The position numbers and the translations under genes were made by a program. DNA of 64,000 bases from the NCBI GenBank assembly GCA_965228855.1, contig CBDDIJ010000003.1, forward strand, positions 672,001-736,000. The letters are read 5' to 3'. The notes beneath the pieces were generated by a model, which was not told the DNA's origin, ran no database searches, and saw only the letters and a list, made by a program, of their open reading frames with translations. This DNA is from Candidatus Obscuribacterales bacterium (GTDB taxonomy: Bacteria > Cyanobacteriota > Vampirovibrionia > Obscuribacterales > Obscuribacteraceae). Positions 30,799-41,539 of the stretch are shown piece by piece; positions within the stretch are counted from its first letter, which is position 1; each line of letters begins with the position of its first letter.

Positions 30799-31981
30799 TG
30801 CACTTACTCCAGGCTGTGAGTCTTAAACCATTGACGTTGATGAAGCCACCAGAATCATGTTTGTCGAACATTCCCATCGCTTCGAAGCTCGATAGCTTCT
30901 CGTCGTAGAGGCTGTTTTGAGATTGTCGTCCTACGACAATTGAATTTCCTTTGTAGAGTTTCAACTTAGCCCAACCGTTTACATTGGCTTGGGATGCATC
31001 GATCGCGTTCTTCAACAAAACTGCCTCAGGTGCGAACCAGAAACCGTTATAGGTAAGTTCTGCGAATTTCAGTCCCCACTCCTGCTTCATGTGAGAAACT
31101 TCGCGATCGAGTGTCAAAGATTCAACCGCCACGTGTGCTTGCATGAGAAGCGTGGCGCCAGGAGTTTCATAAACACCTCTCGACTTAATTCCAACGAAAC
31201 GATTCTCAACCAGATCGACTCTTCCGACTCCGTGTTTCGCTCCAATTTCATTTGCCTTATTGAGCAAGTCGACGGGACTAAGAGCTTCTCCATTAATCGC
31301 TACGGGCACGCCGCACTTAAATTCGATAGTGATCTCTTCAGCTTTGTCGGGGGCTTGCTCCGGATTTGTCGTCCAGAGATAAATGTCGTCTGGGGGAGCG
31401 GCAGCCGGATCTTCGAGAATGCCGCCTTCGTAACTGATGTGCATCAGGTTCGCGTCCATTGAATATGGTTTCTCTTTGGTTACGGGAACAGGAATGCCAT
31501 GTTTCTTGGCGTATTCAATAAGATCGTTTCGTCCGGAATAGTTCCATTCGCGCCACGGAGCAATTATCTGGAGATGTGGCGCCAGAGACTTAACGGCTAA
31601 TTCGAAGCGAACTTGATCGTTGCCCTTGCCGGTCGCACCGTGGGCGATGGCATCACAACCTTCTTTCAAGGCTGCAGTAATCATGCCCTGAGCGATGCAT
31701 GGGCGCGCCAGCGATGTGCCCATGAGATAGGTATGTTCATAGACACCGTTTGCTTTGATGGATTCGAACACATAGTTATTCACGAAGTCATTGCATAAAT
31801 CGTCGACTATGCATTTTTCTGCGCCTGTTTTCATCGCCTTTTCGACAACTGCATCGAAGTCCTCGCCTTGCCCGACGTTGGCGCAGTATGCGACGACCGG
31901 CACGTTGTAGGTTTCTTTAAGCCAGGTGAGAATGCAAGATGTATCCAAACCACCGCTGTAGGCGAGCAAAATCTTCTTCAT
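30761..31981 (-). CDS. argG: Argininosuccinate synthase
   Basis: AYSGGLDTS, HGATGKGNDQVRFE, ENRFVGIKSRGVYETP. Confidence 0.97.
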   Translation of the reverse strand: MKKILLAYSGGLDTSCILTWLKETYNVPVVAYCANVGQGEDFDAVVEKAMKTGAEKCIVDDLCNDFVNNYVFESIKANGVYEHTYLMGTSLARPCIAQGMITAALKEGCDAIAHGATGKGNDQVRFELAVKSLAPHLQIIAPWREWNYSGRNDLIEYAKKHGIPVPVTKEKPYSMDANLMHISYEGGILEDPAAAPPDDIYLWTTNPEQAPDKAEEITIEFKCGVPVAINGEALSPVDLLNKANEIGAKHGVGRVDLVENRFVGIKSRGVYETPGATLLMQAHVAVESLTLDREVSHMKQEWGLKFAELTYNGFWFAPEAVLLKNAIDASQANVNGWAKLKLYKGNSIVVGRQSQNSLYDEKLSSFEAMGMFDKHDSGGFINVNGLRLTAWSKCNESVKKSLQPAT

Positions 31982-32210
31982 TGTATAAGCCCTCTTTTAA
32001 AAATTTTGATTCAATCAATCCGGAGCGACCTGTGTTTTCAAAACACTTCGCAGTCACGGTTTGTTGCACACGTTCAGTATCGCTGTGTTAAAGGAGAGAA
32101 CTGGCAACGCGCGGGGCGGCTCATCTAAGTCCTGAAGCCCTGCTTCGTGAGCTGCTGCGTCGCTGTCAGTTTTACCGTTCTACTGACGTTTTATGTTCTT
32201 ACAAAGCTTC

Positions 32211-32282
32211 TTACGCTCGCAAGCGACGCATGCATCGGAGGCGTCGTCGTCGTCGACGGTTCGATATTTTGACGACTGGCAT
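32211..32282 (-). CDS. Arg-rich leader peptide MPVVKISNRRRRRRLRCMRRLRA
   Basis: 10 of 23 codons are Arg (6 CGA); AAGGGAGA RBS; directly upstream of argG. Confidence 0.8.
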   Translation of the reverse strand: MPVVKISNRRRRRRLRCMRRLRA

Positions 32283-32374
32283 CACGATTGCGTTCTCCCT
32301 TGCTTAAACTAACCTTTGTCCGGCGCGTTCCTATATATTTAGCAACGCGGCAAGCCGGAGGCGTTGGTTACGTA

Positions 32375-32413
32375 TCTGCATAATCATACATTCGTTCTGT
32401 ATAATTATGCACA
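32375..32413. promoter_or_regulatory. Tandem ARG boxes (ArgR operator) overlapping the arg promoter
   Basis: TCTGCATAATCATACATT-cgt-TCTGTATAATTATGCACA: two 18-bp boxes 3 bp apart. Confidence 0.82.
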
Positions 32414-32460
32414 GAGTTGATTGCTATGTAACCAAAATGTAACGCCGACCGCGGACGTCT

Positions 32461-34383
32461 CTAGTTTATCAATTCGATTGGGTCTAGTTGACTTTTACGA
32501 ATGGTCGTCTGGAGTTCCACGAGCGGCGGAAGTTTCAGCTCTTGCCGCCTACTGGCGAACAACTCTAGCGCCGGTCTGCAGTCTTTCGATGTATCTATCA
32601 TTCGAAACTTTTCTAAGCGGGGCATTTGAGCGGAATACAAGACTCCAGTCATCGTTATGCGTTCCGGTGCTGTTAATTTCAACTCCTGCAAACGCGCCTG
32701 CGAGAGGACCTTCAGGGTGTCGTCGGTTATGTCTGAATTGTTCAGGGACAGATACTTTAGTTTCTTGCAAGAACTCAGTGGCGCGAGAGCTGCTCCTCCC
32801 AGCCCGTGACACCGTGTAAGAGACAGCTTCTCGAGGCGAGGTAATTTTGTCAGCTCTTTGATTGCATCAGGTTCCAGGTTGCAGCCTTTGAAGGTCAGAC
32901 TCAGGAGCTTCAGGTGCTGCAACTTATCAATGCCTTTGACAGCGCAAAGTTTATCCGGGGCGAGTAACTCAAGACTTTCCAAAGACTTGTTCGCGGCAAT
33001 CGTGGATAGAAAGTCAGTTTCGCATCTGTAAGCAATTTGGAGCCGTTTGAGTTTCTGAAAACGAGGGAGCAGCGCAATGCCGTCAGGGGTCAGATCGGCG
33101 TACTCTAATTTCAGCTCCTCTTGATTGGGATGGTTGCGAAGCGTTTCTTCCAAACTCATGTCCGTATAAGGTTCGATCGGCAGGTTCTTTTCTGTTGCAC
33201 TAGCGAGGCTTATCTTTTCTGCGCCTTCCGGAAAGGCGGACATGCTGGAGCCCGCTATCTTAAGTTCCGATAGATTCGTTTCTTGAATTGTTTTGTTTCC
33301 TTGACCGGCTCTAAAAAGCAGAAAGTATGATACTGCGGATGACACCACTAGTAAAATCATTGCGGTCAAAACTGGAGCTTTCATGGATTTCCGAGTATCG
33401 TGAAGTTCTGAGCTTGCGGTCAATCCCGGCTCCACATTGGTACTCCTTCTAATCGCTTCTTGTCGAATTTGAAAGCTCGCTTCCTCCTTTAAGAGTTCAT
33501 CAAGGATCTCGCTAACTGTTTGGAATCGCTCCTTCTGAGTCTTGCGCAAACATTTGTCTATAATTGCTTCCAGACCAGGGGTCAAAGGTGGGCTGAAGGT
33601 TAGACCCATTTGACTTGCTCGCTCGCTAATGGTGTCGGGTCTTTGATTTGCATGCTTCTCAAAAATTTCCAAAACTGTTTCAGCTCCGAATAAGGCTGTT
33701 CCAGTCAGCGCTTCAAACATCAGACAACCAAAGGAATAGATGTCGGAACGTTCATCAGTGTCTCGAGTCGCTGCTTGCTCAGGCGGCATGTACTTTGGCG
33801 TACCCAAACCAACGCCTTTGGTGGTGAAGAACTGCTGCGAGTCAGTCTCCATAGCCAGACCAAAATCGAGGATTCGAGCTTTGAAAGTTCGCTTACCCTC
33901 TTCCTCTTCGATAAGCATGATGTTGCTCGGTTTGAGATCTCGGTGTATTACATTCTTGCTGTGGGCATGGACCAAGCCACGTGCAATGTCGATAAACGCT
34001 GCCAGCGCAAGTGGAACCGGCATAGGACCATTGTCTTCTAGCCACGCTGCCAGTGTTTTGCCTGGAACATATTCAAGCACCAGATACGGTTCGCTTTCAC
34101 TTGTGAGACCAAAGTCGAAAGCAGTTAATAGGTTCGCATGTTGCAGCGTCGCTAGAATTTTAGCTTCTCGCTGGAATCGCACCGACTGAGAATCCGTAGA
34201 GCTTCCGTGGAGTTTTTTAATCGCAAAAACTTTATTCAAGTTTTTGTCGAGGACCTTATAGACGACACCTGCCGCCCCCGTTCCTACAACTTCGAGCACA
34301 TCGTACCTGTCACCGATGTGTTTTGGCGGCGGCGGCAGTTTTGAAGATATCTTTGGACCGGAACCGTCGAGCGAATCTGCCAT
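32461..34383 (-). CDS. Membrane Ser/Thr protein kinase with C-terminal LRR domain
   Basis: GTGAAG, AIKK, HRDLKPSN, DFG, TM helix, LxxLxL repeats. Confidence 0.9.
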   Translation of the reverse strand: MADSLDGSGPKISSKLPPPPKHIGDRYDVLEVVGTGAAGVVYKVLDKNLNKVFAIKKLHGSSTDSQSVRFQREAKILATLQHANLLTAFDFGLTSESEPYLVLEYVPGKTLAAWLEDNGPMPVPLALAAFIDIARGLVHAHSKNVIHRDLKPSNIMLIEEEEGKRTFKARILDFGLAMETDSQQFFTTKGVGLGTPKYMPPEQAATRDTDERSDIYSFGCLMFEALTGTALFGAETVLEIFEKHANQRPDTISERASQMGLTFSPPLTPGLEAIIDKCLRKTQKERFQTVSEILDELLKEEASFQIRQEAIRRSTNVEPGLTASSELHDTRKSMKAPVLTAMILLVVSSAVSYFLLFRAGQGNKTIQETNLSELKIAGSSMSAFPEGAEKISLASATEKNLPIEPYTDMSLEETLRNHPNQEELKLEYADLTPDGIALLPRFQKLKRLQIAYRCETDFLSTIAANKSLESLELLAPDKLCAVKGIDKLQHLKLLSLTFKGCNLEPDAIKELTKLPRLEKLSLTRCHGLGGAALAPLSSCKKLKYLSLNNSDITDDTLKVLSQARLQELKLTAPERITMTGVLYSAQMPRLEKFRMIDTSKDCRPALELFASRRQELKLPPLVELQTTIRKSQLDPIELIN

Positions 34384-34527
34384 TTGGTCTCCCGTATTCG
34401 CGCAAATACATTTTACCCGAAAGCTCAGGGAAAACCGACGCGATGCTGTGGACCGCTGCGGCAGCCTTCGAATCACTCCCTATGTGTTTTCTTGCTATCT
34501 TGGATCTGAGACCAGCTGGTAGTTAGA

Positions 34528-35517
34528 ATGCTTCAAAAAAACAAAATCAAAGTCATTGATTTCCACACTCACCTGATGTCGTTAGCCGGCGCGGAGCAGG
34601 TTTTTCCAGAAGCCCGTCAGTCAATTTTTTTCAAACACGTCGTACCTTTAGTCGAGCCCATCGCGGACCTGACAGAAGGGCTACATGACCGGCTTCTGCG
34701 CGATCTGGCGATGCGGTATAACAACAAATTGAGTCGCTTGATCTACTCACATTGCGGTGAACTCTTTTTGATGGAGGCACTGCGGCTTTTCAAACGTCAT
34801 GGTCTGGAACGTCTCGTGTTCAACATGGACAAGCTCGGCATTGAGCGTTCGGTAATTTACTCTCTCGAGCCTCTGACGAAAACACAGGACATTCTGGATC
34901 AAGTTAAAAAATATGGTGACCGCTTCTCCGTTTTCGCCTCCGTGCATGCTGAGGAGACTGATAAGATCGGCTATTTGAAGCCTTTTCTGGATTCGGGCAC
35001 AGCAAAGGGATTAAAAATTCATCCCATGATTGGCGGATACAACGCATCGAATCTCTACGAGAAAGCCGGCGACATATTCGCACTTGCCGAAACCTATGAC
35101 GTTCCGCTTGCTATGCACACTGGCGACATTCCTATTCAAAAAATTACAACCAGTCAGGTCTCCTGCTGTGGCATCCCAGCTATTGAAGCACTAGTTCGTG
35201 ATTTCCCAAACTGTAAGCTCGTGTTGAATCACCTCGGTTGGGAGTCGTGGAGAGCGGTTATTAAGCTTGCCGAGGAACATCCCAACGTTTTCGTAGAAAC
35301 AAGCTGGCAGCATGCCAGCATTATGCGTCGCGCTGTCAAAGCGCTCGGACCCGAGCGGGTGATCTTCGGATCCGACTATCCGCTGTTTCAACAATGGCAG
35401 GCGTTGCGCGAAGTCCGCAAGGCTTTCAAACCGCAGGACTTTCAATTGGTCGCTCATGATAACGCTGCCAGACTGCTAAAGCTCCCCATCTCGGAAGAGC
35501 AGGTTGTGGGCGTTTGA
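34528..35517 (+). CDS. Amidohydrolase_2 family protein
   Basis: DFHTH, KIHP, HTG, NHLG, FGSDYP. Confidence 0.88.
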   Translation: MLQKNKIKVIDFHTHLMSLAGAEQVFPEARQSIFFKHVVPLVEPIADLTEGLHDRLLRDLAMRYNNKLSRLIYSHCGELFLMEALRLFKRHGLERLVFNMDKLGIERSVIYSLEPLTKTQDILDQVKKYGDRFSVFASVHAEETDKIGYLKPFLDSGTAKGLKIHPMIGGYNASNLYEKAGDIFALAETYDVPLAMHTGDIPIQKITTSQVSCCGIPAIEALVRDFPNCKLVLNHLGWESWRAVIKLAEEHPNVFVETSWQHASIMRRAVKALGPERVIFGSDYPLFQQWQALREVRKAFKPQDFQLVAHDNAARLLKLPISEEQVVGV

Positions 35518-35563
35518 AGCTCAGGTCTGCTTCAGTGTCATACTGACCAGGAACGGCGCCGGC

Positions 35564-36700
35564 CTAGAAAGCATAGTAGTCTTCGGGGATCGTCTCCGTA
35601 GGTCGCCAATCGATTTCGCCGACTTCAGCCCCTTTATATTGGATAAAAGTGTCGGCGATAAGAGCGCCGTTTGCCCGGGGACGCTTCCCCTGCGCTGCTT
35701 TCAGCCAGTCGTAAGCCTGGCGTGCCTGCATTTCGCCTGCGCCCGTTAGACCGACCATGAGCACGAGCAGATGTTTGCAGATGTTTCCCTGAAGACCCAT
35801 GCACTCGTCCAGATCCGGGGTGCAGCAGCCGTACTTGCCCTCCGGCGTCAACCAGCTGGCATACACCTTCGAGGTGGTTGTCTGGCTGCGCACAACGCCA
35901 ACCACATGCTCCTCGTCTTTGCGAACATAGAGCTTGAAGACCTCTTGCTTCAGCATCTTTAACGCTCGACCGAGTTTTCCCTGGTCAACCGTACCATGCA
36001 GTCTACTGATAAACGTGGCGAAGCTCATATCGTCATCACCGGATGTGGTGTCATGATCGGTTCGAACCAGCTCGAGGAATCCTTCCTCATCTAAAATTTT
36101 TAAACGAATACCGCTGGCAGCCAATTTCTTCGCCTTGTTGCTGGCTGCTATTTTGCCATCGCTTTTGCGCGGGCCGAAAACGGCATAGTCTAACTTCTCG
36201 TCTAACGTGTTCACGACAACACCGCCTATGTTTTCAACCATAGACTTCAGGAGTGCTTCGTCGTAGCCTCCACCACAGCAGTCGAAGCCTCCAAACAGGC
36301 AGAAGGTTTTGCCGGTTAAGTTGGCGCGCACCATCTCTCGGAACGCGCTTTCATCTAATATGGTCGGAAACGGTTTTCCTGTAGCTGTTTTTGCCTTTCG
36401 CTTGCCTGATGCAACCGTGCCTTCAGATTCAGCGCGCAGTTTTTCGACTTTCTTAATCGCCTCCTTCTTACCTTCCTCCCTTTTGTCACCGATTACCAGA
36501 TAATCCAGACCTTCATCGACGTCATGCTTCAGAATTCCGCCCCTCATCTGTGCTACCGTGGATGGTGCTCCAGGATGATATGAAGGCCAGTATGAAAAGG
36601 CGCCGAAGAATGCAAAGGTCTTACCCTTAAATACATCGTCGTTTGGTTTTACTGAGCTGATTGCTTTAGCTATCACTGTGCAAGATTTCCCGAAATTCAA
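35564..36700 (-). CDS. Tandem BRCT-like plus SWIM zinc-finger protein
   Basis: Two GKTFxxFG...GG...LDYxVxG...K...LDExxF units; CCT...C...CKH. Confidence 0.7.
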   Translation of the reverse strand: MNFGKSCTVIAKAISSVKPNDDVFKGKTFAFFGAFSYWPSYHPGAPSTVAQMRGGILKHDVDEGLDYLVIGDKREEGKKEAIKKVEKLRAESEGTVASGKRKAKTATGKPFPTILDESAFREMVRANLTGKTFCLFGGFDCCGGGYDEALLKSMVENIGGVVVNTLDEKLDYAVFGPRKSDGKIAASNKAKKLAASGIRLKILDEEGFLELVRTDHDTTSGDDDMSFATFISRLHGTVDQGKLGRALKMLKQEVFKLYVRKDEEHVVGVVRSQTTTSKVYASWLTPEGKYGCCTPDLDECMGLQGNICKHLLVLMVGLTGAGEMQARQAYDWLKAAQGKRPRANGALIADTFIQYKGAEVGEIDWRPTETIPEDYYAF

Positions 36701-37020
36701 CAGTTAGTTTAGCCTTCGAGTTGAGCTGCTAGCAATGGTTCGTGTCGCTTCTCTCAAACAACATTGGCGATTGTTAATGAATTGCTGAGTTTGTCGGTTT
36801 GCTGTCAAGCAGCGTGTTATTGTGGCTATATGAACGAGGTGAACGAATCGTGTCAGAGCAAAAAACAAACTCGGAAGAACGATTCGCGCTGTTTCATACC
36901 AACAAAGTAGTTTTCTAAGTAAAAACAACTTGCGCAGTCCCTGACGGAGACTGCGTTTCTGTAAACGTCCGGAGTTCTCAGGAATTCCGCTAGCCCTGCT
37001 TTGTATTGGAGAATATTTCA

Positions 37021-37938
37021 ATGAACGCTAAATCTGCGGGACTGCTCGGATCAACTCTAGTTGCGCTTGTAATGTTGATTTTTGTCGCTCCGCTTCTCTT
37101 CGGCTTCTGGGTGACCGTAGATGCTGGTCACGTAGGGGTTTTGAAGACGATGGGAGCGGTGAGCCCTAATGTTCTTCCGCCGGGTTTTCACTTCAAAAAA
37201 CCTTTGATCGACGAAGTCGTGCAAATCGACACGCGCCTGACTTCGTTTGAAGTTCGCGCTGCCGCAGCTTCCAAGGACTTGCAAACTGTTGAGACCAAAA
37301 TTTCGGTTCAACATAGCATTGCGCCAGCTATGGCCGGTCAGTGCTATCAGACCGTAGGTGATCTCGAAAAGATTGACCTGACAGTGGTGGCGCCGGCGGT
37401 GCAAGAGAGTTTGAAGGCCATTACCGCCAAGTATACGGCTGAGGAACTCGTCACTCGAAGAGAAACTGTTAAACAATTGGTGACCGACGCTATCAAGAAC
37501 TACATCAGCCATACTCTTACGGAGAAACAGTTGAGTGGAGCGGTGATGGTTGCGAACGTCGCGATTACTGACTTCGATTTCTCGAAAGAGTTTAACCTGT
37601 CAATCGAATCGAAGGTCAAAGCCGAACAGCAAGCTTTGCAGGCGAAGAACGAAAAGGATCGCCGCATCACAGAAGCAGAAGCTGCGGCTCGTGAGAAGGA
37701 GCTGTCGGCTGATGCTGCCGCCTATCAAATTCAAAAGGAGAGTATCGCTAGAGCTCAAGCCATTCAGCGCGAAGCCGCTGCACTGGCCCAGAACCCCAAT
37801 CTCGTGCAGTTGCGTGCTGTAGAGAAATGGGATGGCGAACTGCCGACTTTCTCGAGTGGTGGCACTATGCCCTTCGTCAACATCTCTTCGATAGAGCGCC
37901 GCCATGTAGCTGACAACAAGAAAGCCAATAGCGGTTGA
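37021..37938 (+). CDS. Prohibitin/SPFH membrane protein
   Basis: TM, VDAGHVGV, SKDLQTV, KYTAEEL, EKWDGELP. Confidence 0.88.
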   Translation: MNAKSAGLLGSTLVALVMLIFVAPLLFGFWVTVDAGHVGVLKTMGAVSPNVLPPGFHFKKPLIDEVVQIDTRLTSFEVRAAAASKDLQTVETKISVQHSIAPAMAGQCYQTVGDLEKIDLTVVAPAVQESLKAITAKYTAEELVTRRETVKQLVTDAIKNYISHTLTEKQLSGAVMVANVAITDFDFSKEFNLSIESKVKAEQQALQAKNEKDRRITEAEAAAREKELSADAAAYQIQKESIARAQAIQREAAALAQNPNLVQLRAVEKWDGELPTFSSGGTMPFVNISSIERRHVADNKKANSG

Positions 37939-38335
37939 GTTCAATGAGTTTGATGACACGGAGTATACCCCGGTACACAACCCGAAACCCTAGTACGCAA
38001 CCCAGACCAATGGTGTAGGAGGCACCAGCGAGCTGATTCCATCTATCGACACCCAGGAGGTGGTCCAAGCGTAATAGATAGAAACTAAATCCACAAACAA
38101 AGGAGCTGCTTCATCCCTGACGGCTCCTTTGTTTTTTGCCTGTGAGCTGTCCGCTTGAGCTAATTTGTGACTTTTCGGGGTCATTCTGGCCTCCGGTTCG
38201 TGGAGTTCGGGACCGAAACGTTCACAGAGGTAGACTTTATAGATTTAATGTTGTTCCACAACTTTGTCACTATTGAAGGTTAGGATATTTTGCACAAGGT
38301 CCACTCGCGCTGCTTTTTAAACAGGACTGACCCAA

Positions 38336-38611
38336 ATGAAAATGTCAAAAACCCCTGGTCTTCGCAATCGATTCGCTCGTGGTGTAATGCCTCTGCACAT
38401 GAGACTCTTCGGAGCTGTCATGAAAGCCGTTACCTGGAATGCGCCCCTCGAAAAACCTTCGCTCTGCAAAACAGAGGGACACAAATTCGACCTCAAGAAG
38501 TGGAACGGACCTCACAACAAGTGCGAGGAGTGCGGCGTTTGGATTAAATCGCACGAGCAAGTGCGTACGGAAGAATTCTACAAGCCCGCAGATCACCACG
38601 TTTACAGATAA
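38336..38611 (+). CDS. Small hypothetical protein
   Basis: 91-aa ORF with C...H...CEECG. Confidence 0.45.
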   Translation: MKMSKTPGLRNRFARGVMPLHMRLFGAVMKAVTWNAPLEKPSLCKTEGHKFDLKKWNGPHNKCEECGVWIKSHEQVRTEEFYKPADHHVYR

Positions 38612-38690
38612 GTTTTCACCACTCAGCTCACCACTCCAACTCACGCGTTCCGGCGCCAGCGAAGCTACTTCGCTGGCGTCATCGTTGCGA

Positions 38691-39578
38691 TCAGTTGGCG
38701 CAGGCAATCTTGGTGCCACATTGTTCGAAGAATGTCTTGAGCCTCGCATCAAAATCTGATTGCTTCTTCTGGAAGAAGGCATGATGGCAGTCTTCGTAAA
38801 CAGCGAATTGCGCAGGCTTGGTAGCGTGGTCAAATAGATACTGCGAGTGGTGCCACGGAATGACCTCATCGAGTTTTCCTGCCACTATTAGAAGCGGCGG
38901 GTGGTGCCGGACTACAAAGCTGTCATTGTCGAATTTTTTTGGAAACATCCATGACGGATAAAGTTTGAAAAGGTCGAATTTCTCCTTGCCTAGCGCTTCT
39001 ACCGAGGAAAAACCAGACTCCAGCACCACGCCGGCGCAATCGATTCTCTTGCATAGCGCGCTGGAAACTCCGGCCCCAAGGGATTCTCCGTAAACGATTA
39101 TTTGGTCGTTTTTGATTCCGCAGCGAAGAAGGTAGTTAAACGCTGCTGCAGAGTCGTCGACGACACCGTCTATCGACGGCGTGCCCGTGCTTTTACCGTA
39201 ACCTCTGTAGTCATAGGCGAGCACGGAGACGCCGGTAGATAGAAGGCTATTGATTTTGTATAGACAATAGGGCATGGAGACGTTACCGCCGTTTCCATGA
39301 TTGTAGAGAACTACTTTCGACGCGCCTTTCTGTTTATAGAACCGACCGAAAAGCCTCACGCCATCAGAAGATGTGATATCAACTTCCTCAGCCTTCACGC
39401 CGGCTAACTCTTTTCCGTAGAATTCATCAAAGACTTTCAGCGGTCTGAACAAGATGACGTTTACTAGTGCCGGATTGGCCGCCGGACAGCAGAACCACAC
39501 AACCAGCGATGCTCCGAATAGTATTGTCGCCAGGCAACCGGCACTGAAGCCTATAAGAAAGGATGTTCGTTTCTTCAC
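38691..39578 (-). CDS. Alpha/beta hydrolase (ABHD-like)
   Basis: HGNGGN, DYRGYG, GESLG, DEVIP, H. Confidence 0.9.
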   Translation of the reverse strand: MKKRTSFLIGFSAGCLATILFGASLVVWFCCPAANPALVNVILFRPLKVFDEFYGKELAGVKAEEVDITSSDGVRLFGRFYKQKGASKVVLYNHGNGGNVSMPYCLYKINSLLSTGVSVLAYDYRGYGKSTGTPSIDGVVDDSAAAFNYLLRCGIKNDQIIVYGESLGAGVSSALCKRIDCAGVVLESGFSSVEALGKEKFDLFKLYPSWMFPKKFDNDSFVVRHHPPLLIVAGKLDEVIPWHHSQYLFDHATKPAQFAVYEDCHHAFFQKKQSDFDARLKTFFEQCGTKIACAN

Positions 39579-39734
39579 AGCATATACCTGTTATGAGTTT
39601 GTGACGGACGGAAACAAGGGCGCCATAGGTGCGTCGATAAATCCATCTTATTAAGCAGCCTCGAAAACCGTCCACCCGCGCTACACAGTTTATTAACTGT
39701 TGCAACCCGACCTGACACGAAGTATTCTCAAATC

Positions 39735-41051
39735 ATGAATAAGGAAAATCTCGGACCGTTTCGAATATTCGCCAATTCAAACTATTCGCTCTATTTTGGC
39801 GGTCAGTTGATTTCCTTTATCGGTACCTGGATGCAGCAAGTAGCGCTCGCCTGGTACACCTACGAACTCACGAAGTCGCCCTTTCTGCTTGCTGTCGTTG
39901 GCGTATCCGCGCAGCTGCCGTCATTGTTGGTGATGCCATTTGCCGGCGTGATGGCGGATCGCATGAACCGCTACAAAATCATCATTACGACTCAGTCGCT
40001 GGCGATGATTCAGGCAAGCGTTCTTGCATATCTCACTCTCACACATCAGATAGCGGTACCGCATCTGATAGCACTTGGTATATGCGCAGGTGTTATAAAC
40101 TCTTTCGACATGCCCGCCCGATCGGCGTTCGTTATCAATTTGGTGAACAAGGACGAACTGCCGGCCGCTGTAGCGATGAACTCTTCTTTGATGAACGTCA
40201 CCCGGCTGATCGGTCCTGCTATGGCTGGATTTATCGTTGCTGCCTGGGGCGCCGGAATCTGTTTTCTTCTTAATGCGGCTAGCTATGTAGCCGTTATTCT
40301 CGCGCTTTTTTTGATTCGAGGTGACTTTCATCCTAAACCGAAAGCTAAGCGAGGGATGTTTGATGAGCTCAAAGATGGGCTTGCTTACACGTATGAGACG
40401 AAGGCGCTTCGTTACGTGCTACTTCTGGTGTTGACATTTGGTCTCGGTGCATCGGCTTATATTCTGCTTCTCCCGATGTTTGTGAAACAGATAGGCGGGG
40501 AAGCTCAAACGCTTGGTTATCTGATGTCCGCCTCAGCAGCCGGTTCTCTGGTCGGTACTTTATTGCTGGCCTCGCGAAAAACAGTCAAAGGTTTAGGCAG
40601 ATGGGTGGTAGTGGCGTCGTTTCTGTTTTCATTGGCGCTTATCGGTTTCAGCCAAATAAACAGCTTCTGGCCTGCCGCTTGCGCTATCGCTTTCATCGGT
40701 GCGACCATGATGTTGATGATGGCCGCTTGCAGCACCATCCTTCAATCTGTGGTCGAAGAGGATAAGCGCGGGCGCGTGATGAGCCTGTTCGCCATGTCCT
40801 TCATGGGAACTGCGCCTTTCGGCGGAATGATAGCCGGATGGATTGCCGACCACTATGGCTTTCAGAAAACGGTGTTGGGGTGCGGGATTTACTGCTTCAT
40901 AACCATCGCATTTTTCGCTCGGAAATTCATGCCCAAGCAGGAGCCGCCGCATGCTCCACCTGTGGAACCGGAGGCGCTGCAATCAAATTCCGGTCCAGGA
41001 AAAATTATGGCAAGCTTCAGGAACGAAAGCGCCAGGAAATCGCGCGTTTAA
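39735..41051 (+). CDS. MFS transporter
   Basis: GQLISFIGTWMQ, GVMADRMNR, KRGRVMS; about 12 TM. Confidence 0.92.
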   Translation: MNKENLGPFRIFANSNYSLYFGGQLISFIGTWMQQVALAWYTYELTKSPFLLAVVGVSAQLPSLLVMPFAGVMADRMNRYKIIITTQSLAMIQASVLAYLTLTHQIAVPHLIALGICAGVINSFDMPARSAFVINLVNKDELPAAVAMNSSLMNVTRLIGPAMAGFIVAAWGAGICFLLNAASYVAVILALFLIRGDFHPKPKAKRGMFDELKDGLAYTYETKALRYVLLLVLTFGLGASAYILLLPMFVKQIGGEAQTLGYLMSASAAGSLVGTLLLASRKTVKGLGRWVVVASFLFSLALIGFSQINSFWPAACAIAFIGATMMLMMAACSTILQSVVEEDKRGRVMSLFAMSFMGTAPFGGMIAGWIADHYGFQKTVLGCGIYCFITIAFFARKFMPKQEPPHAPPVEPEALQSNSGPGKIMASFRNESARKSRV

Positions 41052-41053
41052 CT

Positions 41054-41539
41054 TTATCTTCTGAACGAAAACCAGCCCATCAGGAATAGTAGTGCTGCCG
41101 CGACTTTTCCTGCCAGTGAGATGAAACGTGAGATTTTATCGTCCGGCAAGCGTGCCGGCTTCGGGCGGGTCGCGAGGCGTCGAGCTTGTTCTACTGAAGG
41201 CGCGAGCAGGCACTGCTGCGGAAAACGGCGAGCGTAGCTCACAATTAGATGTCTGCCTGCGAAGGCCTGTCGAACGTAGCCTTCCTCCACTGGTCTTGGC
41301 TGATAGCGACTTATCACGAACGGACCATCCGGCGTCTGAATAGTGAAACTGATCAAATCGCCCGTCTCGTAAGGACCTCGTGACGTTATCGTCGCCGGAG
41401 ACGTAAGCAAATCTTGGCTGAGAAGCTCTTGAGCGGCTGCTTTGTCGCTCTTGTATTTGTTATCCCAATACCAGTCGGCCACCTTATCGGCGTTCATTGA
41501 AGCGACGAAACACATGATGGCTAGGGCTAGAAAGAGCAT
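41054..41539 (-). CDS. Hypothetical membrane protein
   Basis: Hydrophobic N- and C-termini. Confidence 0.5.
   Translation of the reverse strand: MLFLALAIMCFVASMNADKVADWYWDNKYKSDKAAAQELLSQDLLTSPATITSRGPYETGDLISFTIQTPDGPFVISRYQPRPVEEGYVRQAFAGRHLIVSYARRFPQQCLLAPSVEQARRLATRPKPARLPDDKISRFISLAGKVAAALLFLMGWFSFRR

Noticed and set aside
37990..38184. 64-aa minus-strand ORF
   Set aside because: No family signal and it overlaps a terminator-like hairpin near 38095-38135
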